This document shows, piece by piece, positions 46,097 through 56,382 of a stretch of DNA of 64,000 bases (positions are counted from its first letter, which is position 1; each line of letters opens with the position of its first letter). The notes beneath the pieces were generated by a model, which was given only the letters and a program-made list of their open reading frames with translations, was not told the DNA's origin and did no database searches. Both the position numbers and the translations under genes were made by a program. The DNA is from an archaeon UBA583 (lineage in GTDB: Archaea > Nanobdellota > Nanobdellia > Woesearchaeales > UBA583): NCBI GenBank assembly GCA_002506365.1, contig DAXK01000025.1, forward strand, positions 34,692 through 98,691. Direction: 5' to 3'.

Positions 46097-47359
46097 GTGG
46101 AAATATTTAGTCTATTAATAATTATAATATTAGCAATTATAACAGGAATAATTACTGGATTAATTCCTGGACTACATATTAATTTTATTTCAATACTAAT
46201 TTTAATTAATTTTCAAACATTTCAAAAAATTCTCCCAATTGAACAATTAATTATATTTATTATAATAATGAGTCTAACTCACACATTTATTGACTTTATT
46301 CCATCAATAATGTTTGGTATTCCAAATAGTGATACAGCCATGTCAATTTTACCAGGTCAACAAATGATTTTAAATGGTCAAGGCTATAAAGCAATATTTT
46401 TATCAAATTTAGGTAGTCTTTTTGGAGTAATTACATCACTTTTTATTGGAATAATATTCTATTTTAATTTAGAAACATTTTATAATCAAATTCAACCGCT
46501 ATTACCCTATATACTAGCAATTATTGTGTGTTTAGGTATTTTTTTAGAACCCAATTTTGACTCTAAATTTAGAGCAATTATGCTAATATTATTTACAGGG
46601 GGGTATGGGATTTTTCTTCTTAATTCAACTCAACTAAATCAACCATTACTAATATTATTTACAGGAGTTTTTGCAAACGCAGCAATAATAAATTCATTAC
46701 TTACAAAATCTCAAAAAATACCTCAACAAGATTATAAATTACCTAAATTAAAACAAACCATAACTAAAAAATATTTAAAATCAATTCTAAATGGAACAAT
46801 TTCATCAAGTATTTGTTCAATAACTCCAGCAATAGGAAATATACAAGCAGCAACAATCTCAACAATTACATCATCAAAAAATAAAAAAACACAAAACCAA
46901 CAAGAAAATTCACAAGAAAATCAACAAAATTTCATAAGTTTAATTTCATTAATTAATACAAATAACTTTATTTTAAGTCTTATAACATTTCTAACAATCT
47001 CTAAAGCAAGAAACGGAAGCATATTTGTAATATCTCAAATTACAAATACAATAACAATTAACCAAATAATTAAATTTTACTTAATAATACTAATTACAAC
47101 TCCAATAATTTTTTATTTAACTTTAAAAATTGGAAAATTTGCCATTAAAAAATTATCAAAACTAACTAAACAACTAAAACAAATTAATTTCACATTACTA
47201 ATACTTTTAACTATACAAATAACATACTTAGAAAGCTATTTTGGACTATTATGTTTAATCGGAGCAACATTATTAGGTTATTTGACAATTATATTAAATA
47301 TTAAAAGAATTCACCTATTATCTGCTTTAATTATACCAACGATAATAAATCTAATTTAA
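46097..47359 (+). CDS. Polytopic membrane protein, possibly TctA/DUF112-like
   Basis: GTG start. More than 10 hydrophobic segments. GLIPGLH and ILPGQQ motifs are reminiscent of DUF112. A Q/N-rich central loop is present. Confidence 0.45.
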   Translation: MEIFSLLIIIILAIITGIITGLIPGLHINFISILILINFQTFQKILPIEQLIIFIIIMSLTHTFIDFIPSIMFGIPNSDTAMSILPGQQMILNGQGYKAIFLSNLGSLFGVITSLFIGIIFYFNLETFYNQIQPLLPYILAIIVCLGIFLEPNFDSKFRAIMLILFTGGYGIFLLNSTQLNQPLLILFTGVFANAAIINSLLTKSQKIPQQDYKLPKLKQTITKKYLKSILNGTISSSICSITPAIGNIQAATISTITSSKNKKTQNQQENSQENQQNFISLISLINTNNFILSLITFLTISKARNGSIFVISQITNTITINQIIKFYLIILITTPIIFYLTLKIGKFAIKKLSKLTKQLKQINFTLLILLTIQITYLESYFGLLCLIGATLLGYLTIILNIKRIHLLSALIIPTIINLI

Positions 47360-47381
47360 ATTAATTCAATCCAATATTAAA

Positions 47382-47870
47382 TTATAAAAAATTAAAATCA
47401 GAATTAGTTAATTCTCTAACCTCAAATAAAACCGAATTTACATCTTCTAAATCCAAATAATATGTAACAGACAATTTTAATTTATTTCTATCATCAAGTT
47501 CACAAACAAAAATATAATTTTTACCTAAGCCTAAATTAACATCATCAACATCAAAAATATTTTTTAAAATAAAATTATTATTTACAAAACTAAAATTATC
47601 TAAAACATTTAACTTTTTAATATTTTCAAAATCAATATCGGATAAATTAATATCTAAAGATTTATTTAAAATAACTCTATCAATATCCAAATACACAATA
47701 AACTCAACATTTGTAATATTTGTTCGAACTCTTAAAACTAACTCATCACTTTTTTCAAAATTATTATGATTATGAATATTTTCCTCAATAATTGAAGTAA
47801 TTAAATATTCAAAATTATCATAAACAAATTTATTATTAACTTTAAATTCCATAAAAAAAATATAACTCAA
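47382..47870 (-). CDS. Hypothetical 162-aa protein
   Basis: ORF track only. Confidence 0.4.
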   Translation of the reverse strand: MSYIFFMEFKVNNKFVYDNFEYLITSIIEENIHNHNNFEKSDELVLRVRTNITNVEFIVYLDIDRVILNKSLDINLSDIDFENIKKLNVLDNFSFVNNNFILKNIFDVDDVNLGLGKNYIFVCELDDRNKLKLSVTYYLDLEDVNSVLFEVRELTNSDFNFL

Positions 47871-47971
47871 AATAATATAAACATTATTTGTAAATAATAA
47901 AAATTAAAATATAGTTTCAAAAATAAATTAAATATAAGAAAAAAAAGAAAAGTATGAAAATAAGGAAAACC

Positions 47972-49402
47972 TTATTTACGCATAAACTTTCTTAAAACAG
48001 AAAAGTCTTCCATAGACTCCTTTGCTAAACTTGTGTAAAATTGATAAATAATCATAACCATTAATAAAATACCAGTCCCTGAAGTTAAAGCTCCTAATAA
48101 ATCAGCAGAAGCTGCTAATAAACCAATACCTATTCCACCCATAATAGTTAAAGGAGTAATATATCTAGCTAAAACTCTCTCAACAATTCTCTCATCTTTT
48201 CTAAACCCAGGAATTTGTAAACCTGAATTTAAAATTTGTTTAGCTTGAGATCTTGAATCCATACCTGCTGTTTGAACCCAGAAATAAGCAAACAAAGTAG
48301 CTCCAATAACCATATATAAAGTATATGATAACATATGAGGCCAAACACCTAAAGTAAATAAATTACCTAAATTATTCCAAATATTTGAAGGATGTGCAAT
48401 CCAATTAATTAAACCTGAAATAGGAGTAGCTGACCCAGCTGCAAATTGACCAATAACATTTTCTGAAATAAATCTTGTAAATGCTGATGAATTAGCTGAC
48501 TCTGCTAAACTTTGTAATAACCTTGCCCACAATTGTAAATTAGCTCCTAAAGCAGAAACTAAAATAACTGGAATTACCCCTGAATAAAAAAAGTTCAAAG
48601 GCCATTTCATTGATTGTCCTCTAACTCTTCCAAAAGATAATGGAATTTCAACATTAATACTTTGAAAAAATACAATTAAAAAGAACAAAGCAACAGTAAT
48701 TGCAATTGGACCTAAAACCGCAGTTAAAAATGTCATTGGATCTCCATGAGATAAATAATATAATCCTGCCCATAACTTTCCAATAGCTGGTTCAGTTCCT
48801 GAGAACCCCCAAGCCATAGCCCCAGTTTGAGTAAAAGGACTAAAAATTTGTAAAAATACAGCTTGACCAATTCCAGCTGCAATAAAAATTGAAACACCTG
48901 AACCAAATCCCCACTTCTTTACAACTTCATCCATAAAGAATACTAAAAATCCTCCTAAAGCTAATTGAGCTACAACAAACCAGAACACATCTGCTGATGC
49001 AGCGGAAACTGCCCCAAATTTAACATATACAAAAGATTCTACAATAATAAAAAAGAATGTTAATAATTTATGAGTTCCATGCCATAAAAATTTACCTTCT
49101 TCATTAGTTAAATCAATTTTAACAATACCTGAACCTTTTAATAATTGAAGAACAATAGATGCTGTAACAATTGGACCAATTCCTAATGTTAGTAATGCTC
49201 CAAATTTTGCACCTAATAATAATTCTAATGTCTTAAAATATTCAGCTTGTGTACCTAAAACTCCATATAATGGAATGGAAGCTAGAAATAAAAATATAAC
49301 TAAAATTCCAAATGTCCATAATAATCTTGTTTTTAAACTTTGTTTTTTCTCCGGGTTTGCAACTTCTGGCAAACTCGCAACAATATTTCTATAAAGTGAC
49401 AT
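47972..49402 (-). CDS. secY: Preprotein translocase subunit SecY
   Basis: Ten-TM pattern. TLGIGPIVTASIVLQLL (TM2 plug region) and a conserved C-terminal loop. It lies downstream of uL15, as in the conserved operon. Confidence 0.95.
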   Translation of the reverse strand: MSLYRNIVASLPEVANPEKKQSLKTRLLWTFGILVIFLFLASIPLYGVLGTQAEYFKTLELLLGAKFGALLTLGIGPIVTASIVLQLLKGSGIVKIDLTNEEGKFLWHGTHKLLTFFFIIVESFVYVKFGAVSAASADVFWFVVAQLALGGFLVFFMDEVVKKWGFGSGVSIFIAAGIGQAVFLQIFSPFTQTGAMAWGFSGTEPAIGKLWAGLYYLSHGDPMTFLTAVLGPIAITVALFFLIVFFQSINVEIPLSFGRVRGQSMKWPLNFFYSGVIPVILVSALGANLQLWARLLQSLAESANSSAFTRFISENVIGQFAAGSATPISGLINWIAHPSNIWNNLGNLFTLGVWPHMLSYTLYMVIGATLFAYFWVQTAGMDSRSQAKQILNSGLQIPGFRKDERIVERVLARYITPLTIMGGIGIGLLAASADLLGALTSGTGILLMVMIIYQFYTSLAKESMEDFSVLRKFMRK

Positions 49403-49619
49403 AAAATATCATCTACTTTAGTGTTTAAAAATATTACCTGTATTATTATAAAAAAACAAGTGAAAATAACTTAAATCACACACAAATATCACAAATTATC
49501 ATAAATAATTAATTTAAATAAATAAAATAAATAATAACAAGAATAATAATAAATTAAAAATTAAATATAGAAAAATTATAAGTAAATAAAAATTAATTAA
49601 TTAAAAAATAGAATGAAGA

Positions 49620-50084
49620 TTATTCTTCATCAAATTCTGGTTCATCAGCTTCTGTAACAGTAACTGATCCACCAGCAGCTTCAACTGCTGCTTTAGCATT
49701 AGCTGAAATTTCTTCACAAACAATGTTTAACTTAGCAGAGAATTTTCCTCTTCCTAAAACTTTGTTAATTTTCATCTTAGTTGTATCTAAATTTCCATCA
49801 ACAATTAATCCAGCTTCAGTTAAATCACCGATGTGGTTTTCAATGTAAGTTAAAGATAAAACATTAATCTTTCTTTTATGAATTGATGAGAATCCTTTCT
49901 TACCATAGTAAGCTTTTCCAACAGTTGTTAAAATTGTAGGTTTCTTAGCATCTCCTCTAGCTCCAGTACCTGCCATACCTTTACCACCTCTATTTCCTGC
50001 ACCTCTGTGCTTTTTCTTGTGTCCCCAACCGTGAGAGGAAGTTCCTCTTTGTGTCTTTACTTTGGACTTTTTATGTTTTAACAT
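49620..50084 (-). CDS. rpl15: Ribosomal protein uL15
   Basis: GTSSHGWGHKKKHRGAGNRGGKGMAGTG. Confidence 0.9.
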   Translation of the reverse strand: MLKHKKSKVKTQRGTSSHGWGHKKKHRGAGNRGGKGMAGTGARGDAKKPTILTTVGKAYYGKKGFSSIHKRKINVLSLTYIENHIGDLTEAGLIVDGNLDTTKMKINKVLGRGKFSAKLNIVCEEISANAKAAVEAAGGSVTVTEADEPEFDEE

Positions 50085-50340
50085 TTTTAATTACCAATTG
50101 TATCACATCAACATATAATTAAATAAAATTAATGTAATTACTTAAGTATAGAAAATTGAAAACGCTTTATAAATATTAAGGTTTGAAATCACCATACAAA
50201 GATAAGAATTTAAGTAATTTGGATACTAAACTCAAAACATTTTAGCAAAATGAAATAAAAAACACTATTTTGAAAATAATAACCTAAACTACTCAAAAAT
50301 AATAAAACAACTATATAACATAATAATAATAAAATTAAAT

Positions 50341-52536
50341 ATGTTTAACCAATTAAAAAAATCTAATATTTCTAAAAAAACAAAAAAAAACCAATTAGAT
50401 TCATTATTTTACCCTAAATCCATCGCAGTAATTGGAGCATCCAATGATATATCTAAAATTGGTGGATTCATATTTAAGCAAATTAAAAATAAAGCAAAAC
50501 ACATAATTCCACTCCCAATTAATCCAACATCACTAAAAGTTCAAAATATTGATGCTTATCAAAATATTCTAGCAATCCCACACAACCAAGAACCTGAATT
50601 AATTATCATTGCAATCCCTAAAAAATTTATTCTACAAACATTAGAACAAATTACTCAAACAAAAACAAAAAATATTGTAATTATTACAGCAGGATTTAAA
50701 GAAACTGGGAAACAAGGTAAAGAAGATGAAGATAAAATAAAACAAATCATCAAACAAAATAATTTAAATTTAATTGGTCCAAATTGTTTAGGATTTTTAA
50801 ATCCAGAAATTAACCTTAACTGTTCTTTTGCTAAAGATATACCACATTCAGGAGATATTGCTTTAATTTCACAATCTGGCGCAGTTATTGATGCAATTAT
50901 TGATTGGAGTTTTGAAAAAAGAATTGGATTCTCAAAAATTGTATCTCTAGGAAATATGGCAGGATTAGATGAATTAGAGATATTAAAATATTTAAAAAAT
51001 GATAAACAAACTAAATCAATTGTATTTTATATGGAAACATTAGAAAAAGGAAAAGAATTTGGAAAACTATTAAAACAAATTTCAAAAACAAAACCAGTAA
51101 TCATTATTAAACCTGGTAACTCACAAAATGCTAAAAAAGCAATTGGTAGTCACACAGGATCATTAGCTCAAAATTCAACACTTTCACAAACATTAATTAA
51201 AGAAAATAATGGTATTTTAGTTGATAATTTAAACGAATTATTTAATATTTTAATTGGAATAAATAATATTGATAAAATTAAACAAACTAATGATATTGAA
51301 CAAATAAATAATACTATAATTTTAACAAATGCGGGAGGACCTGGAGTAATTGCAACAGACGAATTAGAAAATTCAAATTTAAAATTATACTCTCTAACTC
51401 AAAAACAAAAACAAAATATACAAAAAAACCTACCGTCTCAAGCAAGTATAAATAATCCTATTGATATAATTGGAGATGCTAAATCTGACAGATACACAAA
51501 TACACTAAAAGAATTAATAAAAATTAAAGATTTAAATAATATTATCATTTTATTAACTCCTCAAATTATGACTGATTGTGAAAATATTGCTAAATCAATA
51601 ATTGACATATCAAAAAAAACTAACATAAATATTATGGTATCATTTTTAGGAAATAAACAAGTAAAACATTCTAAATTATTATTTAATAATTCAAATTTCC
51701 CTGAATTCGACACACCAAACGACATCATTACAACTCTTAACAAATTAATTAATTATAAATCTTATAATTATTTAGATTCAAACATTGAAAATAAAAAACT
51801 TAAATTTGATGAGAAAAAAATTAAAAATATTCAATCAAAATTAAAAAATAAACAAGGATTACTAGATCAAGAATTAACTAATCAAATTTTAAAAACATTA
51901 AATATAACCCCATTTAATAAACAATTCATTAAATCAGAACAAGACATATTTAAACTTAAAATTGATCCAAAATTAACTTATGTAATAAAAGCTGACGCTA
52001 AAGAATTAATCCATAAAAAAGAATTTAATGCAATTAAATTAAATATTAATTCAACTAACTATAAAGATGAAATAAATTTAATGATTAAAGAAATTTCGAA
52101 AACTTTGACAAATATTTCATCTGACAACAACTTAGATATCTCCAATTCATTAATATCAAAACAATTTACAATCACAATAGAAGAACAAATAAAAGGAATT
52201 GAAACTATTGTAGGACTTAAGCAAGATGAAAGCCTAGGAAATTTTATTATGTTTGGTATGGGTGGAACTTATGTATCCATATTTAATGATGTAAACTTTA
52301 GTCAAACTCCCCTTACAAAAACTAAAACTAAACAACTAATTCAAAAATCAAAAGTTTCAAAATTATTAAATGGTTACCGTGGAGATAAACCTGTAAATAT
52401 TAAAGCTTTAGAAAATACAATTCAAAATATTTCATACATTCAAGAAATTTATCCAATGATTAAAGAAGTAGATTTTAATCCAATTATTTGTAATGAACAT
52501 GATTGTTATTTAGTAGATGTAAAATTAATATTATAA
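50341..52536 (+). CDS. acd: Acetyl-CoA synthetase (ADP-forming), fused alpha-beta form
   Basis: N-terminal CoA-binding FYPKSIAVIGAS, phospho-His loop GSHTGSLA, and a C-terminal ATP-grasp portion. Confidence 0.8.
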   Translation: MFNQLKKSNISKKTKKNQLDSLFYPKSIAVIGASNDISKIGGFIFKQIKNKAKHIIPLPINPTSLKVQNIDAYQNILAIPHNQEPELIIIAIPKKFILQTLEQITQTKTKNIVIITAGFKETGKQGKEDEDKIKQIIKQNNLNLIGPNCLGFLNPEINLNCSFAKDIPHSGDIALISQSGAVIDAIIDWSFEKRIGFSKIVSLGNMAGLDELEILKYLKNDKQTKSIVFYMETLEKGKEFGKLLKQISKTKPVIIIKPGNSQNAKKAIGSHTGSLAQNSTLSQTLIKENNGILVDNLNELFNILIGINNIDKIKQTNDIEQINNTIILTNAGGPGVIATDELENSNLKLYSLTQKQKQNIQKNLPSQASINNPIDIIGDAKSDRYTNTLKELIKIKDLNNIIILLTPQIMTDCENIAKSIIDISKKTNINIMVSFLGNKQVKHSKLLFNNSNFPEFDTPNDIITTLNKLINYKSYNYLDSNIENKKLKFDEKKIKNIQSKLKNKQGLLDQELTNQILKTLNITPFNKQFIKSEQDIFKLKIDPKLTYVIKADAKELIHKKEFNAIKLNINSTNYKDEINLMIKEISKTLTNISSDNNLDISNSLISKQFTITIEEQIKGIETIVGLKQDESLGNFIMFGMGGTYVSIFNDVNFSQTPLTKTKTKQLIQKSKVSKLLNGYRGDKPVNIKALENTIQNISYIQEIYPMIKEVDFNPIICNEHDCYLVDVKLIL

Positions 52537-52561
52537 GATAATATTCCACCAAACAATAACA

Positions 52562-54304
52562 TTACCAAAATAAAATTAAAGGGATTATAAATAATAAAAC
52601 GCCAACAAATACAAAATAAATTGAAGTTTCAATAAAATTTATATTTTTATTTGAGTATACAACATCATTTGAATTTAAAGTTAATAATGATAATTCTTTT
52701 TGTTCTAAATCCGTTTTTTTCTTTTTAACTTTTATTTCTTTTTTAATTACATCATTTGATAAAATATTAAAATTTGAAATGCTATCATTTATTAATTTTG
52801 GAATATATTCTTTACTAAAATTAAAACTAACCGATTCATAATTAAAATTCTTTAATTCTATTTTTTTATATTTACACAACAATTTTAAATTTTCAAAATT
52901 AGAGAATTTATTTACATCAATATCCAAACTATTTACTCCTATCGAAACATTTACAATATTACTAACTTTTGTCCTAACCTTATTCACATAACAATAACTT
53001 TCCAAATTTACTATATTCGAACTAATATTAAAATATATTTTATTTAAATCAATATTAAAATTTGAAATCTTGTAAAATTGATTAACTTTTTTAGTCAAAT
53101 TAATATATTTTACATTTTTTAGACCATTTTCACCAAATACACTAACATTAGTTATAAAATTATATCTCTTATTAACATCCAACCCCACAACTTTTAAATA
53201 ATCATATTTTAAATCTGAATTACCAATATATACTCTTCCTGACAAATTTTCAAATTCATCTAATCTTTGTTTTAAAATTATTTTTGAATTTAAATAAAAA
53301 TTAACTACTGACTTTCGATTATCCCCCCTATAAATTTCATAATCTAAATAATCCTCGGACCCATTAACTAATGAATTTATATTTAATAACTTAACATAAG
53401 ACTCTTTAACTAAATCATCACCATTTGAAATTTGACTATTTTGAGTTTTAACAATTGTATTTGTTTTTACATAATCTGAATAATAATAAACATATTTTTC
53501 AGATTGAATTGAACAATTTAAAAAATTTAATTCCCCTAAAATTTTTAAAATCTGCGTAGAACCTTTAGGAGTGTAATATTTCCAACCAAAACTAGTTGTA
53601 TTTCTCATACCTTTAACATAATTTCCTTTAAAATTTTCAATCCAATAATTTACTAAATAATTTCCACTCGAATAATTTGAACTAAACTTAAACTTTAATT
53701 TATCTTCAAATATATCATCATTCACTACAATATCAAAATTATAATTTCCACAAGAAATATTTTCATTTGATTTTTCATCTGGAAGTATGTCTGAACTTTT
53801 ATTAAATAATATATTTGGCCCACAAATAGATTTAGATGATTTTACCCACGTATTATTTATAAAAATTAAACTTTCAAAATCTTTAAAATTAAAAGTATTA
53901 TCTTCAATATTAGACAAATTAAAACTTAAATTTCCAATTAAAAAACTCTCTCCGCTTGATTTAAGACCTCCATTTGAGACCTGAGACTTATCAGTTTTAT
54001 AGATAGAACAATTCAATAAATCTACGCCCACATAATTTTTAACAAAATTATTTCCAACTACTAAATAATAATTTGAACCATTAACAAATTTTAATAATTC
54101 TAAACTATTATTTTTTAAAGATTCATCAATAATAACCTCCTTTGATAAATTCAAAAAAGAATCTGAATAAATTTCAACATACTCATCCCCAATAAAATTA
54201 ACCTCAGAAATATAACTAACATTAGAAAAACATAATATTACATTAAATAATAAATTAAAAAATAAAACTAGAATAAAATATAACTTTCTTTGAAAATTAA
54301 ACAT
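52562..54304 (-). CDS. Surface protein: signal peptide, N-glycosylation-sequon-rich ectodomain, C-terminal TM anchor
   Basis: Signal peptide LYFILVLFFNLLFNVILCFS. Many N-x-S/T sites. C-terminal IYFVFVGVLLFIIPLILFW. The N-terminal EVNFIGDEYVEIYS is lamin-tail-domain-like. Confidence 0.6.
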   Translation of the reverse strand: MFNFQRKLYFILVLFFNLLFNVILCFSNVSYISEVNFIGDEYVEIYSDSFLNLSKEVIIDESLKNNSLELLKFVNGSNYYLVVGNNFVKNYVGVDLLNCSIYKTDKSQVSNGGLKSSGESFLIGNLSFNLSNIEDNTFNFKDFESLIFINNTWVKSSKSICGPNILFNKSSDILPDEKSNENISCGNYNFDIVVNDDIFEDKLKFKFSSNYSSGNYLVNYWIENFKGNYVKGMRNTTSFGWKYYTPKGSTQILKILGELNFLNCSIQSEKYVYYYSDYVKTNTIVKTQNSQISNGDDLVKESYVKLLNINSLVNGSEDYLDYEIYRGDNRKSVVNFYLNSKIILKQRLDEFENLSGRVYIGNSDLKYDYLKVVGLDVNKRYNFITNVSVFGENGLKNVKYINLTKKVNQFYKISNFNIDLNKIYFNISSNIVNLESYCYVNKVRTKVSNIVNVSIGVNSLDIDVNKFSNFENLKLLCKYKKIELKNFNYESVSFNFSKEYIPKLINDSISNFNILSNDVIKKEIKVKKKKTDLEQKELSLLTLNSNDVVYSNKNINFIETSIYFVFVGVLLFIIPLILFW

Positions 54305-54356
54305 ATAAATTATATTAATTTAAACTTAATAAAATCTATATTTAAAATTGAAACTT

Positions 54357-55754
54357 TTATTTATTTAAAGTCTCAATAATTCTCATCCCTGAAAACATTT
54401 TATCTTCACAAAATTTATCAGAAATTACTTGAATTCCAACAGCAACCTTATCACCGTCATAATCAATAACAGCACCATTAACAACACCACCACAAACTCC
54501 AGCCAAATTTAAAGGTGTTGTAAAAGCATCATACGCATACATTGCTTCAACTGAAACATCTGAACCAATTTTATGAGGTAACATTGGAGTTACAGGAGTT
54601 AAAATACAATCTACATTCTCAAACGCTTTTGAAAATTCTTCAGCAATCATTTCCTTAACCTTTAATGCTTTTTTATAATAAGCCCCATCAAATTCAGATT
54701 GAGTAATAGCTTGACCCCCATAAATACGTCGTAAAACTTCCTCACCAGCCGTATCTTCAATTTTTTCACCATACTTAACACCATCAAATTTACGAGTTCC
54801 AGAATAAAATTCAGCGTAAACAATAGGATAATAAGCTTGAACAGCTAATTCAATATTATTAACTGAAACCTCAACAACCTCATAACCTTCCGTTTTTAAT
54901 TTTTCAATATTTGAATTAAATACTTGACTTATCTCATTATCAGAAATCATATCAACAAATTCTTTAATAATTCCAAATTTAGGTTTAAAAGATTCTTTTT
55001 TTTCCACATATGATAAAATATCTCTATCAAAAGTTGTTGCATCGTTACTAGATAACCCTGAAATCACTTCCATACATAAAGCAGACCCATAAACATCTTT
55101 TGAGAAAGGTCCAATTTGATCTAAACTCATAGATAAATCTACTAAACCATATCTAGACACTCTTCCAAATGATGGTTTAACTCCCACAACATTACAATGA
55201 GACGCTGGATTACGAATACTTCCACCAGTATCACTCCCTAAACTGATATCACAAAAATCTGCTGCCACAGCTGCTGCAGACCCACTAGAAGACCCTCCTG
55301 GAACTCTTCCAACACTAAAAGGATTATCTGTAGCTCCAAAAGCACTTGTTTCACCACTTGCACCATTAGCAAATTCATCATTATTTACATTACCCAATAT
55401 AATTCCACCTTCTGCCACAATATTTTTAATAACATCAGCATCAAATGACCCTTTATAGTTCTCTAAAGTCTTTGAAGCGCAAGATACAATCATATCTGTA
55501 ACAGAGATGTTAGATTTAACTAAAAAACATAAACCAAATAATTTACCTAAATTATCCCCATTTTCCCTTTTTTTATCTAAATCTGCTGCAATTTCAAGAA
55601 CATTATTACTTTTTTCTAAAACAATATTAAATTTACTATTATTTTTCTCAATTTCTGCTAAAAAACTTTTAGCATTATCAACACAAGTCAATTCTCCGCT
55701 TTTTAAAAGCTCAATTTTAGACTTAATATCAGTATTATTAACCATAATTAACAT
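54357..55754 (-). CDS. gatA: Amidase-signature enzyme, Glu/Asp-tRNA amidotransferase subunit A
   Basis: GGSSSGSAAAVAA and GSDTGGSIRNPA amidase signature. The ATG at 55745 is the likely leaderless start. Confidence 0.85.
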   Translation of the reverse strand: MLIMVNNTDIKSKIELLKSGELTCVDNAKSFLAEIEKNNSKFNIVLEKSNNVLEIAADLDKKRENGDNLGKLFGLCFLVKSNISVTDMIVSCASKTLENYKGSFDADVIKNIVAEGGIILGNVNNDEFANGASGETSAFGATDNPFSVGRVPGGSSSGSAAAVAADFCDISLGSDTGGSIRNPASHCNVVGVKPSFGRVSRYGLVDLSMSLDQIGPFSKDVYGSALCMEVISGLSSNDATTFDRDILSYVEKKESFKPKFGIIKEFVDMISDNEISQVFNSNIEKLKTEGYEVVEVSVNNIELAVQAYYPIVYAEFYSGTRKFDGVKYGEKIEDTAGEEVLRRIYGGQAITQSEFDGAYYKKALKVKEMIAEEFSKAFENVDCILTPVTPMLPHKIGSDVSVEAMYAYDAFTTPLNLAGVCGGVVNGAVIDYDGDKVAVGIQVISDKFCEDKMFSGMRIIETLNK

Positions 55755-55774
55755 AATTTAAACCCATATTTAAA

Positions 55775-55858
55775 ACTTTGTCAAATTTTAATTTGACAAT
55801 GGCTTAGATATTGTAAATTTCTTGACTTTGTCAAATTTTAATTTGACAATGGCTCAGA
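55775..55858. repeat. Hairpin-repeat locus 3: two near-identical 34-nt family units with a 50-bp period
   Basis: ACTTTGTCAAAT-TTTA-ATTTGACAATGGCTTAGA (55775-55808) and the same sequence with CTCAGA (55825-55858). Both have perfect 9-bp arms. Confidence 0.85.
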
Positions 55859-56382
55859 AACATTTAATATTATTTAATTTTATGATATTAAAATTTAAAA
55901 TTAAATTAATAGATAAATAAATCATAAACATAATTTAAATTAAATCTCAAAAATATTTCTTAAAAATAATCAAAAACTTCTCCTGGAATAAAAAATTATT
56001 AATAAATAAATATGAATGGATATGTTTTTATTTTAGACAAAAAAAGATTAATCAAAAATTTAAGATATATTTAATCTTAAATTTAAAAATTAGTTAAAAC
56101 TTCGTATGGAAATATCAGATACCATAAAAATAACTCTTAAATTTCCTTTAAATTACAATTATTCTAAATTTATAAGCTAATATTTCGTTTGGAAAAAAAT
56201 AATGAATTAAATTTAAAATTAAATTGGATTTATAATGTTTTTAAATATAAAAAAATATGTTTAAACATTAATATTTATGTTAATGATTCTTTGAAATCTC
56301 CAACTAAAAAAATTTGAACATCCTATAAATTTTAAATTTAATAATAACAAATATTTTTAAAAAAACTAAAACTAAAAATTCT

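Noticed and set aside
55775-55858. Paired 34-nt palindromic repeats considered as a mini-CRISPR array
   Set aside because: There are only two units per locus and only 16 nt between them, too short for a spacer. Copies at other loci diverge in sequence, and no cas genes are present.
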